Assembly (NCBI RefSeq): GCF_018837975.1
Contig: NZ_JAGSOY010000008.1
Coordinates: 17,164 to 81,163 of the forward strand
Source: Zooshikella harenae
GTDB lineage: Bacteria > Pseudomonadota > Gammaproteobacteria > Pseudomonadales > Zooshikellaceae
Length of the DNA stretch: 64,000 nt
Reading direction: 5' to 3'
Shown here: piece after piece, positions 22,324-33,275 of the stretch
How positions within the stretch are numbered: position 1 is the first letter of the stretch
Layout: each line of letters begins with the position of its first letter
Program-made: the position numbers and the translations under genes
The notes under the pieces: model-generated
The model's database searches: none
The model's input: only the letters and a program-made list of their open reading frames with translations
What the model was told of the DNA's origin: nothing

Positions 22324-22450
22324 ACCCTCTCCCAGTTATAAGTAAGTTAAGACCAACTGAAAAATACTACGACTATCTACAATAACATTGGATTAACTTG
22401 GCCTAAATTTATTGAGGGATTTAACTGCTTCGTTGTTAACCCCTTGATTA

Positions 22451-23476
22451 TTAGACCCTTGAAAGCTCCACCATTGGCCAACGAGGTTTTGGTTTAATAC
22501 CCAGCTTGTCAGACTGGCCTGCAAGCAAGCGTTGACAACCAGCATAGGCGATCATAGCACCATTATCTGTGCAAAACTCTGGCCTTGCATAGAATACCTG
22601 TGCCCCCAACTTAGTAGCCATGGCTTCTAGTCGTTTACGAAGTACGATATTGGCACTGACGCCACCCGCTATCACTAATGTGTCCATATTTACTTGCTTC
22701 AAAGCTCGACGACACTTTATAGCTAATGTTTCAACAACAGCTTCTTGAAACGCATATGCAATATCAGCTTGCGTCTGGAGATCAAAGGTATCTTTATCCT
22801 TCGCCCCCATAACAGTATTGAGCGTATAGGTTTTTAAGCCACTAAAACTAAAGTCCAAACCTGGTCGATCAGTCATTGGTCGTGGAAAACGATAGCGTCC
22901 AGCTGTGCCCTGGGTCGCTAATTTAGCAATGACTGGACCTCCGGGGTAACCAAGCCCCAGCATTTTGGCGGCTTTATCAAATGCTTCACCTGCCGCGTCA
23001 TCAACAGACTCACCTAATAACTCATAGTCGCCAATGCTTTTAACTGCTACCAACTGTGTATGCCCACCAGACACGAGCAATGCAACAAATGGAAAGGCAG
23101 GAGGATTTTCTTCAAGCATGGGGGCTAGCAAGTGTCCTTCCATGTGATGAACACCGATAGTTGGAACCTTCAAAACAAAAGCGAGTGCTTGGGCTACAGA
23201 AGCCCCCACCATTAACGCACCGATCAAGCCTGGACCTCGCGTATAGGCAATGGCATCAATCCCACATTTTGCTAAATCTGCGTCATTTAACACGCGTTCA
23301 ATTAAAGGTAAAATACGCCGAACGTGGTCTCTAGAGGCAAGTTCTGGCACCACACCGCCATACTCAGCATGAATATCAACTTGACTAAACAGTGCATGGG
23401 CCTGAAGACCCAAGTCACTGTCATAAACAGCAATACCCGTCTCGTCACACGACGTTTCGATTCCCAACACCTTCAT
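22451..23476 (-). CDS. tsaD: tRNA N6-adenosine threonylcarbamoyltransferase
   Basis: [19 protein letters not shown] start matches the TsaD N-terminus; an in-frame upstream ATG at 23497 is possible; sits in the conserved position opposite rpsU. Confidence 0.85.
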   Translation of the reverse strand: MKVLGIETSCDETGIAVYDSDLGLQAHALFSQVDIHAEYGGVVPELASRDHVRRILPLIERVLNDADLAKCGIDAIAYTRGPGLIGALMVGASVAQALAFVLKVPTIGVHHMEGHLLAPMLEENPPAFPFVALLVSGGHTQLVAVKSIGDYELLGESVDDAAGEAFDKAAKMLGLGYPGGPVIAKLATQGTAGRYRFPRPMTDRPGLDFSFSGLKTYTLNTVMGAKDKDTFDLQTQADIAYAFQEAVVETLAIKCRRALKQVNMDTLVIAGGVSANIVLRKRLEAMATKLGAQVFYARPEFCTDNGAMIAYAGCQRLLAGQSDKLGIKPKPRWPMVELSRV

Positions 23477-23762
23477 AACAACTTGAATCACGCTCATAGA
23501 AATGCAATAAGGCGCACATGATAATCTTCCGCGTCCAACAATGCACCCATTGATTGTTTTAGCACAATAAAGGTCAAGAGTAGCTTTCTACTGAGTCTTC
23601 TTCTTTTAATTATTGTTTTGCACAAAAAAACGACATTTTTTCACTTATACCTTTGCATTTATTGTCAGAACGCTTTAATATTCGCTGCCCTTGAAATGGT
23701 CTAAAATTGCAAAGCATAGTTTGCTTAATCATTAACCAAAAGAGGAAGAAGGTAAGGTCTGC

Positions 23763-23978
23763 ATGCCAGCGGTAAAAGTTAAAGATAACGAACCATTTGA
23801 CGTTGCACTACGTCGTTTCAAACGCTCTTGTGAAAAAGCCGGTGTATTGGCTGAAGTTCGCCGTCGTGAGCATTACGAAAAGCCTACATCTGTTCGTAAG
23901 CGTAAAGCAGCAGCGGCTGTTAAGCGTCTAGCTAAAAAGCTTCAACGTGAGCAACGTCGTCGCGAACGTCTCTATTAA
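23763..23978 (+). CDS. rpsU: 30S ribosomal protein S21
   Basis: 71 aa, [28 protein letters not shown]..., near-identical to enterobacterial S21. Confidence 0.95.
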   Translation: MPAVKVKDNEPFDVALRRFKRSCEKAGVLAEVRRREHYEKPTSVRKRKAAAAVKRLAKKLQREQRRRERLY

Positions 23979-24038
23979 TTTTATTGCCAGCGCTACGTAG
24001 ATCTGACTTTTCGCTCTCAACTTACGTAGAAATTCCCA

Positions 24039-24485
24039 ATGGCAACAATTAAAGAACGCCTAAATGAGGCGGTAAAGGATGCCCTGCGCGCCAAAGAAAA
24101 GCTCAAGCTATCTACGCTTCGTATGGCTCTATCTGAGCTGAAGCGAGTTGAGATTGATGAGCGAGTGGAACTCGACGACTCAAGATGTATAACCATTTTG
24201 GATAAAATGGTTAAGCAGCGTCGCGAATCACTTAAGCAATTTGATAGCGCAGGCCGCGATGACCTGGCTGAAAGAGAACGCGCCGAAATTGAAGTTTTAC
24301 AGAGCTTCCTCCCAGCCGCCTTAACTACCTCAGAACTAGAGTCTCTAGTGACGGAAGCCATAGCTCAAACCTCTGCTCAATCAATGAAAGACATGAGAGT
24401 AGTCGTCGAAAATCTGAAGCCCAAAGTACTCGGGCGAGCTGATATGGCCGAGGTTAGTAAACTTATTAAAAGTAAACTGACCTAA
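24039..24485 (+). CDS. GatB/YqeY domain protein
   Basis: 148 aa; lies between rpsU and dnaG as yqeY does in the conserved operon. Confidence 0.8.
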   Translation: MATIKERLNEAVKDALRAKEKLKLSTLRMALSELKRVEIDERVELDDSRCITILDKMVKQRRESLKQFDSAGRDDLAERERAEIEVLQSFLPAALTTSELESLVTEAIAQTSAQSMKDMRVVVENLKPKVLGRADMAEVSKLIKSKLT

Positions 24486-24569
24486 TAAAATCTTACCTCT
24501 GCTAGCTGTGATAGCGTGCTTTTCAGAGAGAGCCTATATATCACAGCTAAGGCCATTTATACTCTTGTT

Positions 24570-26408
24570 ATGAGCGGCTTAATTCCCCAAACTTTTATTG
24601 ATGATTTATTGGCAAGAACCGATATCGTTGACGTTATTGGAAGCCGTGTTCAGCTCAAAAAAACAGGTAAAAACCTCGCTGCATGCTGCCCTTTTCATCA
24701 GGAAAAAACACCATCATTTACTGTTAGCCCAGACAAACAGTTTTACTACTGCTTTGGTTGTGGTGCTGCAGGAAATGCACTGCGTTTTATCATAGAGTTT
24801 GACCAACTCGATTTTCCCCAAGCTGTTGAACAGTTAGCTCAATCGCTCGGTCTAGATGTACCTAGGGAAGCACAACAATATCAACGACAAGCTCATCGCT
24901 TTGAAGTTTTATTTGAAATAACCAAACAGTCTGCTACGTTTTTTCAGCAACAACTGTTTAAACCCTCAGGCCAATCAGCCCAGCACTACATTCAACAACG
25001 GGGACTGTCTGCTACGATATTGAAGCAGTATGCTATTGGTTACGCCCCAGCTGGATGGCAAAACCTGCTAGAACACATAGGTCAGTCACCTGAAAATACT
25101 CAACACTTGCTCACAACTGGGCTAGTCATTGAGAACCCAGAAAAACAGTCTATTTATGACCGTTTCCGTCATCGTTTGATATTTCCAATACGTGATATTA
25201 GAGGCCGATTTATTGGCTTTGGCGGCAGAGTACTCAGCCCAAATGATAAGCCCAAATACTTAAACTCGCCTGAAACACCTATTTTCCAAAAACGGCAAGA
25301 ATTATATGGATTATTCGAAGCTAGACAGCAGCGACGTCAACTGGACTTCTTGCTCGTCGTCGAAGGCTACATGGATGTCGTTGCTTTAGCTCAAAATGGC
25401 ATTCCAAATGCGGTTGCAACATTAGGGACGTCTGTCAGCCAAGAACATGTCACTCGCCTATTTAAAACAGTGAAAGAGGTTATATACTGCTTTGACGGCG
25501 ATGAAGCTGGACGAAAAGCTGCCTGGCGAGCTTTAGAGACCACACTGCCTTTCATGCAGGATGGCTACCAAGCTAAATTTTTATTTTTACCTGAAGGAGA
25601 AGATCCTGATAGTTTGGTCCGCAAAGAGGGTCAACAAGCTTTTCTAACACGCCTGAAACGCAGCAGCCAAAGTATTGCCGACTATTTCTTTCAGACACTT
25701 TGTGAGCAAGTTGATATTCAGCATATGGATGGTAAAGCAAGACTCGCAGCACTAGCGAAACCATTCATTGAGCAACTCCCCCAAGGTGTTTTTTATCAAC
25801 TAATGCTGGGACACTTAGCTGAGCTTACAGGTCTTAGTGAACAAGCACTGAGCGAACTATCACAAGTACCATCTCAACTCACTACCAAAACAAGTACTGA
25901 ATCTGTACCAAAGCAATCCACTCAATATTTAGAAAAAAAAATCACCAGGCATTCAGCTAAAAATTTTGTCAGTGCAAGCAAATTAAGTGTATCCTTAACG
26001 CCCGCTCAAGTGGCTGTATATTTACTATCTAAATATCCTGAATTTGCTGAGCAAGTTGAACATTCTGACCGACTTGCGAATGATCAAAGTGAGCATACGC
26101 GTTTACTCGCAGTGATGCTAAAACTATTAAAGGATAATCCTCAAGCATCTGTGGGACACTTAATCGGTGAGCTGTACAATACACCACTTGGTAATATTTA
26201 CGCTGCCGTTCTAAACCGTCCGCCTCCTCAAACAGGCCAAGCAAGTAAAGAAGTTTTTCTTGAAGCCTTAACAAGACTGCAACAGCAGCTAAACTTAGAG
26301 GACACTTATCAGGAATTAAGTCAGTTCAAAAATTTAAAGTCTATGGATGATTCCAAAAAAGAAGCATTCATGCGCGCTTTTGAACAGCTGCGTCAGAGTA
26401 AACGTTAA
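24570..26408 (+). CDS. dnaG: DNA primase
   Basis: MSGLIPQTFIDDLLARTDIVDVI plus zinc ribbon CCPFHQEKTPSF..CFGCG plus TOPRIM VVEGYMDVV; the ORF track starts at an upstream GTG (24516), but homology supports the ATG at 24570. Confidence 0.9.
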   Translation: MSGLIPQTFIDDLLARTDIVDVIGSRVQLKKTGKNLAACCPFHQEKTPSFTVSPDKQFYYCFGCGAAGNALRFIIEFDQLDFPQAVEQLAQSLGLDVPREAQQYQRQAHRFEVLFEITKQSATFFQQQLFKPSGQSAQHYIQQRGLSATILKQYAIGYAPAGWQNLLEHIGQSPENTQHLLTTGLVIENPEKQSIYDRFRHRLIFPIRDIRGRFIGFGGRVLSPNDKPKYLNSPETPIFQKRQELYGLFEARQQRRQLDFLLVVEGYMDVVALAQNGIPNAVATLGTSVSQEHVTRLFKTVKEVIYCFDGDEAGRKAAWRALETTLPFMQDGYQAKFLFLPEGEDPDSLVRKEGQQAFLTRLKRSSQSIADYFFQTLCEQVDIQHMDGKARLAALAKPFIEQLPQGVFYQLMLGHLAELTGLSEQALSELSQVPSQLTTKTSTESVPKQSTQYLEKKITRHSAKNFVSASKLSVSLTPAQVAVYLLSKYPEFAEQVEHSDRLANDQSEHTRLLAVMLKLLKDNPQASVGHLIGELYNTPLGNIYAAVLNRPPPQTGQASKEVFLEALTRLQQQLNLEDTYQELSQFKNLKSMDDSKKEAFMRAFEQLRQSKR

Positions 26409-26615
26409 ATGTACTGTGCTCCACTGACTTATCTACCAAAACTAAACTCTTTGATAGATAAGTTTAAAGTAGGGTTGATATCTAATGAGGCGTACCCCAT
26501 CTACATAACTGTAAAGTTCTGCAGAAGAATATCTAGAAGAAAATCGGGGGTTTAGGCTATAATGGGCGGCTTACCATTTCGTCGGCACGTCTGAGTTCGT
26601 TGTTAAAGGGTTACT

Positions 26616-28463
26616 ATGTCCGGAAATTCGCAGCAACAGTCTCGCTTGAAAGAGCTTATTTCTAAAGGTAAGGAGCAAGGCTACCTTACTTATGCCGAGG
26701 TAAATGATCATTTACCAGAGGATATCTCAGATCCGGATCAGGTTGAAGATATTATCCGCATGATTAATGACATGGGAATTGCAGTTTATGAGGCAGCTCC
26801 TGATGTCGACACCTTACTTCTCAATGAAGCTGATACGGATGAAGCCGCTGCTGAAGAAGCTGCTGCTGCATTAGCCGCAGTAGAACAAGAAGCTGGGCGT
26901 ACCACAGACCCTGTCCGCATGTATATGCGAGAAATGGGAACAGTAGAGCTTCTCACACGCGAAGGTGAAATCTCTATTGCCAAGCGGATAGAAGAAGGTA
27001 TTAGGGAAGTAATGTCTGCCCTCTCATACTTTCCTGGATCAGTTGAAATCGTGCTGTCTGAGTATGACCGTATTGTTACTGAAGAAGGTCGTTTAAGCGA
27101 CTTAATCAGCGGTTATATAGATCCTGATAGCAATGAGCCTACGGCGATTAAAAATGAAGAATTCAATCCTGAGAAGGATGAAGAAATTCTCAGGGATCTT
27201 GATGATGAAGACGAAGAATCATCCGACGACGACGATGATGAAAAAGATACTGGACCAGATCCAGAAGAAGCAAGACTTCGTTTTACTGCTCTATATGAGC
27301 GTTTTCGTGAAGCATTAAAAATCGTTGAAGCGGATGGCCGCCACACTAAAGAAGCGGGTCAGGCTCTTGCGGCTGTTGCTGAATACTTCATGCCTTTGAA
27401 GCTTGTTCCTAGACAGTTTGATTTACTCGTTTTTCGAGTTCGTCACGCTCTAGAAAACATTCGTCGGAACGAACGCGCCATCATGCAAAACTGCGTTCGA
27501 TTAGCCAAAATGCCCAGAAAGGTTTTCTTGAAAGAATTCCCTGGCAACGAGACTAATCAAGAATGGGCGCCAGAACTTATTGCTCGAAACGAAAAATATT
27601 CACCAGCACTCGCTGAGCACCTTGAAGATATCCAGCGCGCTCAACGAAAACTGGCCGCTATTGCTGAAAACTTCCTGTTAAGCATTCAAGAGATCAAAGA
27701 AATTAATCGACGTATGTCAATCGGTGAAGCCCGTGCACGTCGAGCGAAAAAAGAAATGGTTGAAGCCAACTTACGTTTGGTTATTTCCATCGCAAAGAAA
27801 TACACCAACCGTGGCCTGCAATTTCTTGATCTCATACAGGAAGGTAATATTGGCTTGATGAAGGCAGTCGATAAGTTTGAGTATCGCAGAGGTTACAAAT
27901 TTTCGACTTATGCTACCTGGTGGATTCGACAAGCAATTACCCGCTCTATTGCTGACCAGGCCAGAACAATTCGTATCCCTGTCCATATGATTGAAACGAT
28001 TAACAAACTCAATCGTATATCTCGTCAGATGTTACAGGAAATGGGACGCGAAGCTACGCCTGAAGAGTTAGCTGAGCGTATGGACATGCCTGAAGATAAA
28101 ATTCGTAAAGTACTCAAAATCGCTAAAGAACCCATATCCATGGAGACTCCAATTGGCGATGATGAAGACTCTCATTTAGGTGACTTTATTGAAGATATCG
28201 CCATACAGTCACCTATAGACTCTGCTACGATCGAGGGCCTCCGTGAAGCGACCCGTGAAGTACTATCTGGACTAACAGCACGCGAAGCGAAGGTACTGCG
28301 TATGCGTTTTGGTATTGATATGAATACTGACCATACGTTAGAGGAAGTCGGTAAGCAGTTTGATGTAACCCGTGAGCGTATCCGGCAAATTGAAGCCAAA
28401 GCCTTACGTAAGTTGCGTCATCCTACCCGTTCTGACCACTTACGCAGCTTCTTAGACGAATAA
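26616..28463 (+). CDS. rpoD: RNA polymerase sigma-70
   Basis: 615 aa; acidic region 1.1/NCR; region 2 ([24 protein letters not shown]) and region 4 ([28 protein letters not shown]). Confidence 0.95.
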   Translation: MSGNSQQQSRLKELISKGKEQGYLTYAEVNDHLPEDISDPDQVEDIIRMINDMGIAVYEAAPDVDTLLLNEADTDEAAAEEAAAALAAVEQEAGRTTDPVRMYMREMGTVELLTREGEISIAKRIEEGIREVMSALSYFPGSVEIVLSEYDRIVTEEGRLSDLISGYIDPDSNEPTAIKNEEFNPEKDEEILRDLDDEDEESSDDDDDEKDTGPDPEEARLRFTALYERFREALKIVEADGRHTKEAGQALAAVAEYFMPLKLVPRQFDLLVFRVRHALENIRRNERAIMQNCVRLAKMPRKVFLKEFPGNETNQEWAPELIARNEKYSPALAEHLEDIQRAQRKLAAIAENFLLSIQEIKEINRRMSIGEARARRAKKEMVEANLRLVISIAKKYTNRGLQFLDLIQEGNIGLMKAVDKFEYRRGYKFSTYATWWIRQAITRSIADQARTIRIPVHMIETINKLNRISRQMLQEMGREATPEELAERMDMPEDKIRKVLKIAKEPISMETPIGDDEDSHLGDFIEDIAIQSPIDSATIEGLREATREVLSGLTAREAKVLRMRFGIDMNTDHTLEEVGKQFDVTRERIRQIEAKALRKLRHPTRSDHLRSFLDE

Positions 28464-28470
28464 CTTATTG

Positions 28471-28503
28471 GGTGAAAGTGATTCATTCACTTTCACCTTT
28501 TCT
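28471..28503 (+). terminator. Rho-independent terminator after rpoD (GGTGAAAGTGA-TTCAT-TCACTTTCACC + TTTTCTCC)
   Basis: Perfect 11-bp stem, 5-nt loop and T-rich tail read directly from the sequence. Confidence 0.7.
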
Positions 28504-28630
28504 CCCCCTCCCTTTCACAAAATATCTCCATTCTCTATTTTTAATTCAGATAAACACCTCTTACCAGTTGCATTTGACATAATATGTCATTTTTGCCATT
28601 ATGCATATATCATTGCATCGCGGAGGTAAT

Positions 28631-29038
28631 ATGCACATTCAAGATCTTGCTCTGCGCTTTAATAATATACGTCAACATGAAGGCTATGAGTTTGACTGTC
28701 AGCCAATACCTGGTTGCCCAGACGTACTCCAAATAACTGCAACCAATTTAGATCCATTACCCATTTTTGTAACCATCACAGAGCAGCAAATCCTCTGCAT
28801 TGCCTACTTATGGACAGAGGAGCAAATACTTGAGGAACATCGCTTATCATTATTAGAAGCACTGTTAGAACTCAATGTACCCATGCCTCTTTCATCATTT
28901 TCTAAAACTGCTGATAAATATTTAATTTTTGGTGCATTATCAATCCACTCCTCTTTTGATGACATTATTCATGAAATAATCACATTACATGAAAATGCAC
29001 TAGAAGCGACCAAAGCACTACAACCGTTCTTAAAGTAG
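28631..29038 (+). CDS. YjfI-like (DUF2170) protein
   Basis: About 135 aa; ATG at 28631 preceded by GCGGAGG; a PspA-family gene immediately downstream reproduces the E. coli yjfI-yjfJ pairing; family call from memory. Confidence 0.45.
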   Translation: MHIQDLALRFNNIRQHEGYEFDCQPIPGCPDVLQITATNLDPLPIFVTITEQQILCIAYLWTEEQILEEHRLSLLEALLELNVPMPLSSFSKTADKYLIFGALSIHSSFDDIIHEIITLHENALEATKALQPFLK

Positions 29039-29056
29039 GTTTCAGGAGTAATTACT

Positions 29057-29749
29057 ATGAATGTCATGCAAAAATTACTTACCGCCTTACGTAGCAGTGC
29101 CCGTGAGCTTGGTGATGCTATTATTGATGCTAACAGTACGCGCATCTTTGAACAGGAAATGTCAGAGGCAGAGCATCACCTTCAAGAAGCTAAGCAAGAA
29201 CTGACTTCACTACTTGCCAAACAGCTACACTCTGAAGATGAGCTGAAAAAAATTCAGCTTGAAATTAAAAAACATGAAAATTATGTAAAAGAAGCATTAA
29301 ATAACAAAAATGAATCACTCGCATTAGAAATTGCAGAAAAAATTGCAAGCCTTGAAAATGAACATGCTCAAGTAAAACAAACGGTTATTGACTACCAAAG
29401 CAATACCAAACAGTTAAAAACGTTAATCCAAAAAACAGAACGACAGTTGCGTGATTATCAACGCCAACTGGCTATGGTAAAAACAACTGAAAAAGTACAA
29501 CAAACAACATCGACTATTTCCGCTAATTTTTCAGCAAGCAACTCAAAATTGGTAACAGCAAAAGAAACTCTTGACCGTATAGCTAAACAACAAGAGGAAG
29601 AAAAATACAAACAACAAGCTGCAGATCAGCTTGCCGAAGAATCAGAAGATCAGCAACTGGAAAAAAAGTTAACTGCAGCGGGAATCATTAAAAACAACCG
29701 AGCAGAAGACATTTTAGCGAAAATAAAACAAAGTCAACAAAATGACTAA
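29057..29749 (+). CDS. PspA/IM30 (phage-shock protein A / ESCRT-III-like) family protein
   Basis: 230 aa, predicted all-helical coiled coil, with a PspA-like N-terminus (MNVMQKLLTALRSSARELGDAIIDANSTRIFEQEM...); AGGAG at -8. Confidence 0.7.
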   Translation: MNVMQKLLTALRSSARELGDAIIDANSTRIFEQEMSEAEHHLQEAKQELTSLLAKQLHSEDELKKIQLEIKKHENYVKEALNNKNESLALEIAEKIASLENEHAQVKQTVIDYQSNTKQLKTLIQKTERQLRDYQRQLAMVKTTEKVQQTTSTISANFSASNSKLVTAKETLDRIAKQQEEEKYKQQAADQLAEESEDQQLEKKLTAAGIIKNNRAEDILAKIKQSQQND

Positions 29750-29794
29750 TTTTAGTTATTTAACTTTACATTAACTTAATAATTGTAACTGGAT

Positions 29795-30145
29795 ATGGCT
29801 AAAAAAAAGGCTATATTGCCTGAAAAGTGGCAACAGGAAAAAAAAGCACTTAAAGCAGTCCAAGTCGCATTTGACTTAGGTGAAGAAATTCATTTATCTA
29901 TTCGCCGAGAGGCAGTAGATAAGCACTTAAATCCTTCAGATCTTATCAGAGAGATTCTTGGACTGCCTATTAACAAAAAGCCTCAACGGCCACGCTTATC
30001 TATCTCATTGTCACCCGATGACTTTACTTTTCTTGCTGAAAAGTTTGATCTGGCACCAGATGATAAAGTACAGATTAAACATAAAGCAGCCGAAGCACTA
30101 GTTGAATATGCTTTAGGTAAACCCCAACAACGGACAGATGAATAA
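29795..30145 (+). CDS. Small hypothetical protein with two ribbon-helix-helix-like segments
   Basis: VQVAFDLGEEIHLSIRREAVDKHLNPSDLIREIL and PRLSISLSPDDFTFLAEKF each fit a beta-strand/helix RHH pattern; its stop overlaps the next ATG (TAATG). Confidence 0.4.
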   Translation: MAKKKAILPEKWQQEKKALKAVQVAFDLGEEIHLSIRREAVDKHLNPSDLIREILGLPINKKPQRPRLSISLSPDDFTFLAEKFDLAPDDKVQIKHKAAEALVEYALGKPQQRTDE

Positions 30146-30774
30146 TGGTAGCGTTTCTTAACATCATTACTTCTTTTCCAACTATCGTATACTCTGTACT
30201 GTTAGCTTTTGTTTTAGCTTATTGGCTACTATCCTTAATTGGCTTACTTGATATTGATATCCTGGACTTAGACCTTGATATTGATGGTGATGTTGAGTTT
30301 ACAGGATTGACAGGATCAATCAGTGGTCTATTAATTTCTTGTGGGCTTACAGGTGTGCCTTTAACAATTGTCGTAAGCTTGCTAGTTATATTTAGCTGGA
30401 TTTTTACCTACTTTACAGACTTCTTTCTATTACAATTACTTGAACCAAACTGGATTCGCAGCCTTCTAGGACTTGCTTCTATTATTGCTAGCTTCCTCAT
30501 TTCTGTACCTATTACAGCGCGCCTCATTCAACCTCTAAAGCCTTTATTTCAAACGCATGACAGTCGATTAGGCTCCATTGTAGGCACCACCTGCATCGTC
30601 ACTAGCAGTAAAGTGAATGAGCATTTTGGTCGCGCAGAAATAAAAAAAGACCATGATGCGATTATCATTTATATTCGATCAAACGAACCAAACACGATTC
30701 GTAAGGGAGATAATGTGCTTATCATTGACTGTGACGCAGAAAAAAATATATATAAAGTTGCTAGCATTGATTAA
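30145..30774 (+). CDS. YqiJ/NfeD-like inner-membrane protein (N-terminal TM helices plus C-terminal OB-like beta domain)
   Basis: 209 aa (the same length as E. coli YqiJ); about 4 hydrophobic helices, then a soluble tail (GSIVGTTCIVTSSKVNEHFGRAEIK...GDNVLIIDCD); a flotillin gene follows. Confidence 0.55.
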   Translation: MVAFLNIITSFPTIVYSVLLAFVLAYWLLSLIGLLDIDILDLDLDIDGDVEFTGLTGSISGLLISCGLTGVPLTIVVSLLVIFSWIFTYFTDFFLLQLLEPNWIRSLLGLASIIASFLISVPITARLIQPLKPLFQTHDSRLGSIVGTTCIVTSSKVNEHFGRAEIKKDHDAIIIYIRSNEPNTIRKGDNVLIIDCDAEKNIYKVASID

Positions 30775-31063
30775 AAGTCAGACCTAGTCTTATATTCGCT
30801 ACGTGTAGGCATTTCCTATGCTGACCCCAAGAGATATACCCAAACCTATAGAAATAGGTATTAAACTGATGACTATTACAAAGTAAACTTTGCCAACGAA
30901 TTGCAAAAATATGAGCAAATTATTTCAAGTAATATCCTTTGTTAATAAATTATTTTAGACACTTTATAATTAACTATGGCTAAACGTGACGAGTAAACCA
31001 TAAAAAAGGTGTGTGATAAGTATAATTCCAGCACTTAAACGAATTCATCCCAAGGAGTATTTT

Positions 31064-32938
31064 ATGCACGGTGAAGGCGATATATTGTCTAGCTTAATGC
31101 CTTTTATTGTAGGCATAGGCATTACATTATTTATAATTTTTGTATTTGTCCTTTTAATCAATAAATTTTATGTCAAAGTCGATCAAGGCAAAGCGCTTAT
31201 CGTTAATACTTTAAAAAAAGACCCCATTGTAAGTTTTACCGGCAAATTAGTGCTACCCGTTATCCATAAAAAAGAAATTATGGATATTTCTCAAAAAAAG
31301 ATTGAGATTAATCGAAAAGGTAAAGAAGGACTGATTTGTAAAGACAATATTCGTGCTGATATTGATGTTGCCTTTTTCGTACGTATAAATAAGACTGCCG
31401 AAGATGTATTACAGGTTGCATCCCGCATTGGGTGTGAGCGCGCTTCCACTAGAGAAACTCTGGAAGAATTATTCACCGCAAAGTTTTCTGAAGCGTTAAA
31501 AACTGTAGGTAAGCAGCTGGATTTTGAAGATCTATACCGTGAGCGAGCTTTGTTCCGAGACAAAATACAGGAGCAAATTGATGCCAGCTCAAATGATCTG
31601 GATGGTTATAAACTAACTGATGTTGCCATTGACTATCTAGAGCAAACACCAATAAGTTTACTAGATAACGATAATATTCTAGATGCCCAAGGTATTCGCA
31701 AAATAACAGAACTCACTGCCGCTCAAAATGTTAATACCAATAACTTAAAGCGCGAAGAAGAACTTCAAATCAAAAAGAAAAATGTCGAATCACGGGAAAT
31801 GATTCTGGAATTTGAGCGCCAGGAAGCTGATGCCGAGGCCCGACAACAGCGTGAAATTGCCAATATTCAATCGCGAGAAACAGCTGAGTCCGACCGCGTT
31901 GCCACAGAAGAAAACCTCAAAGCAGAGCAAGCTAGAATCCAAGCCGATCAAGAGATTGAGGTGCTTCAACAAAATAAACACCGTGAAATTGAAGTTGCAG
32001 AAAAGAATCGTGAGCGTGCTGTTGCTATTGAAACAGAAAAAGTTGAGCGTGTTCGTCAACTAGAAATTATTGCCAGAGAAAAAGAAGTTGAATTACAACG
32101 CATTGCTAAAGAAAAAGCGTTAGAAGAAGAACGTAAAGCGATCGCAGATGTAACTCGTGAGCGAGTAGCCGTTGACCGAACAGTGGCTGAAGAAGAAGAA
32201 AACATCAAAAGAGTACGTGTACTGTCTGAAGCCGAGCGGGCCAAAGACGTACGTGTTATGGAAGCTGAAGCTGAAGCTAAAGTCTTGCAAGAAAAAATGC
32301 GTGCTGAAGCCTTGGGCATTGAACAAAAAGGCTTGGCTGAAGCCAAAGCTTCTGCAGAAAAAATGCAATCTGAAGCGCAAGGTAAAGAACAACTGGGTAT
32401 GGCAGAAGTCCGTATCAAAGAAGCTGATGCAATCAGTCAAGAAAAACAAGCACTGGTTGATATCAAAGTCAAAATTGCTGAAGCTGAAGCAATTGAAAAA
32501 CAAGGACTTGCTGAAGCAGCAGCGATCAAAGAGAAATTCAAAGCAGAAGCCGATGGCTTACGTGAAAAATTTGCTGCAATGGGTGAAATCAGCGATGTGG
32601 CAAGAGAGCATGAAGAATTCCGCATGAAGCTAGATACTAAACATGTTGAAAACATGTCCTCAATTGCCGCTAATAAAGACATTGCCCACGAGCAAGCCAA
32701 AGTACTAGCAGAAGCTTTAAAACAAGCCAATATCGATATTGTAAGTGGAGATGGGCAGTACTTTGATCGGTTTGCCAGTGCCCTTTCGGTAGGAAAAGCT
32801 ATTGATGGTGCTGTTGATAAGTCAGTAACGTTGCAATCCATTGCTACCATGCTCAGTCAATTTATGGGCAAATCTAATAATGGAGAAGCATCAGTGAATA
32901 CCATAGATCAAGTTTCCTCTAAAGAAGAAAAAGCTTGA
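31064..32938 (+). CDS. Flotillin-like SPFH/band-7 protein (YqiK-like) with a long Glu/Ala/Lys-rich coiled-coil tail
   Basis: N-terminal TM segment then SPFH core (KALIVNTLKKDPIVSFTGKLVLPVIHKKEIMDISQKKIEI...DIDVAFFVRI); EA-repeat coiled coil; ATG at 31064 has AAGGAG at -9 (the track starts at an upstream GTG). Confidence 0.8.
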   Translation: MHGEGDILSSLMPFIVGIGITLFIIFVFVLLINKFYVKVDQGKALIVNTLKKDPIVSFTGKLVLPVIHKKEIMDISQKKIEINRKGKEGLICKDNIRADIDVAFFVRINKTAEDVLQVASRIGCERASTRETLEELFTAKFSEALKTVGKQLDFEDLYRERALFRDKIQEQIDASSNDLDGYKLTDVAIDYLEQTPISLLDNDNILDAQGIRKITELTAAQNVNTNNLKREEELQIKKKNVESREMILEFERQEADAEARQQREIANIQSRETAESDRVATEENLKAEQARIQADQEIEVLQQNKHREIEVAEKNRERAVAIETEKVERVRQLEIIAREKEVELQRIAKEKALEEERKAIADVTRERVAVDRTVAEEEENIKRVRVLSEAERAKDVRVMEAEAEAKVLQEKMRAEALGIEQKGLAEAKASAEKMQSEAQGKEQLGMAEVRIKEADAISQEKQALVDIKVKIAEAEAIEKQGLAEAAAIKEKFKAEADGLREKFAAMGEISDVAREHEEFRMKLDTKHVENMSSIAANKDIAHEQAKVLAEALKQANIDIVSGDGQYFDRFASALSVGKAIDGAVDKSVTLQSIATMLSQFMGKSNNGEASVNTIDQVSSKEEKA

Positions 32939-32942
32939 TGAC

Positions 32943-32968
32943 TATATACCCATAGTAAAGGGTATATA
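32943..32968 (+). other. Perfect 9-bp hairpin (TATATACCC-N8-GGGTATATA) just after the flotillin stop; no T-run
   Basis: Read directly; may be an RNA processing or stability element rather than an intrinsic terminator. Confidence 0.3.
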
Positions 32969-33275
32969 AACTAAAAAAACATAAAGATGCTTAAACCAAT
33001 GCTGGCTGTATTGCAGTCAGCATTAACGTCTTCGTGTACTACAGGCTCAGGAAAGTAATGGTTCAAGATGAAGCTGGACACATACCAAAGACTCCATCGC
33101 TACGAAGACAAAAATTAATGAGTTCAACCATTCCTCAAATTAACAGATTACCAAACTCAGCTAACGATCATTACCCTACATCACTTTTGTACAACAAAAA
33201 TGACCTTTTTATTTCTACTGCAAAGCGGTATTAAATTGATGATTTCTTTAGCTGTTTCAGTAAGAGGTTGTAACC

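Noticed and set aside
31790-32850. Cluster of antisense and alternative-frame ORFs (89-151 aa, Ser/Phe/Cys- or Lys-rich) inside the flotillin gene
   Set aside because: They overlap the highly repetitive GAA/GCT-rich coiled-coil coding region of the flotillin gene. Low-complexity repeats keep the other frames open by chance, and none has a start or RBS context.
33034-33234. 66-aa ORF in the flotillin to giant-gene intergenic gap
   Set aside because: No RBS, odd composition, and it sits where the promoter and 5' UTR of the giant gene are expected.
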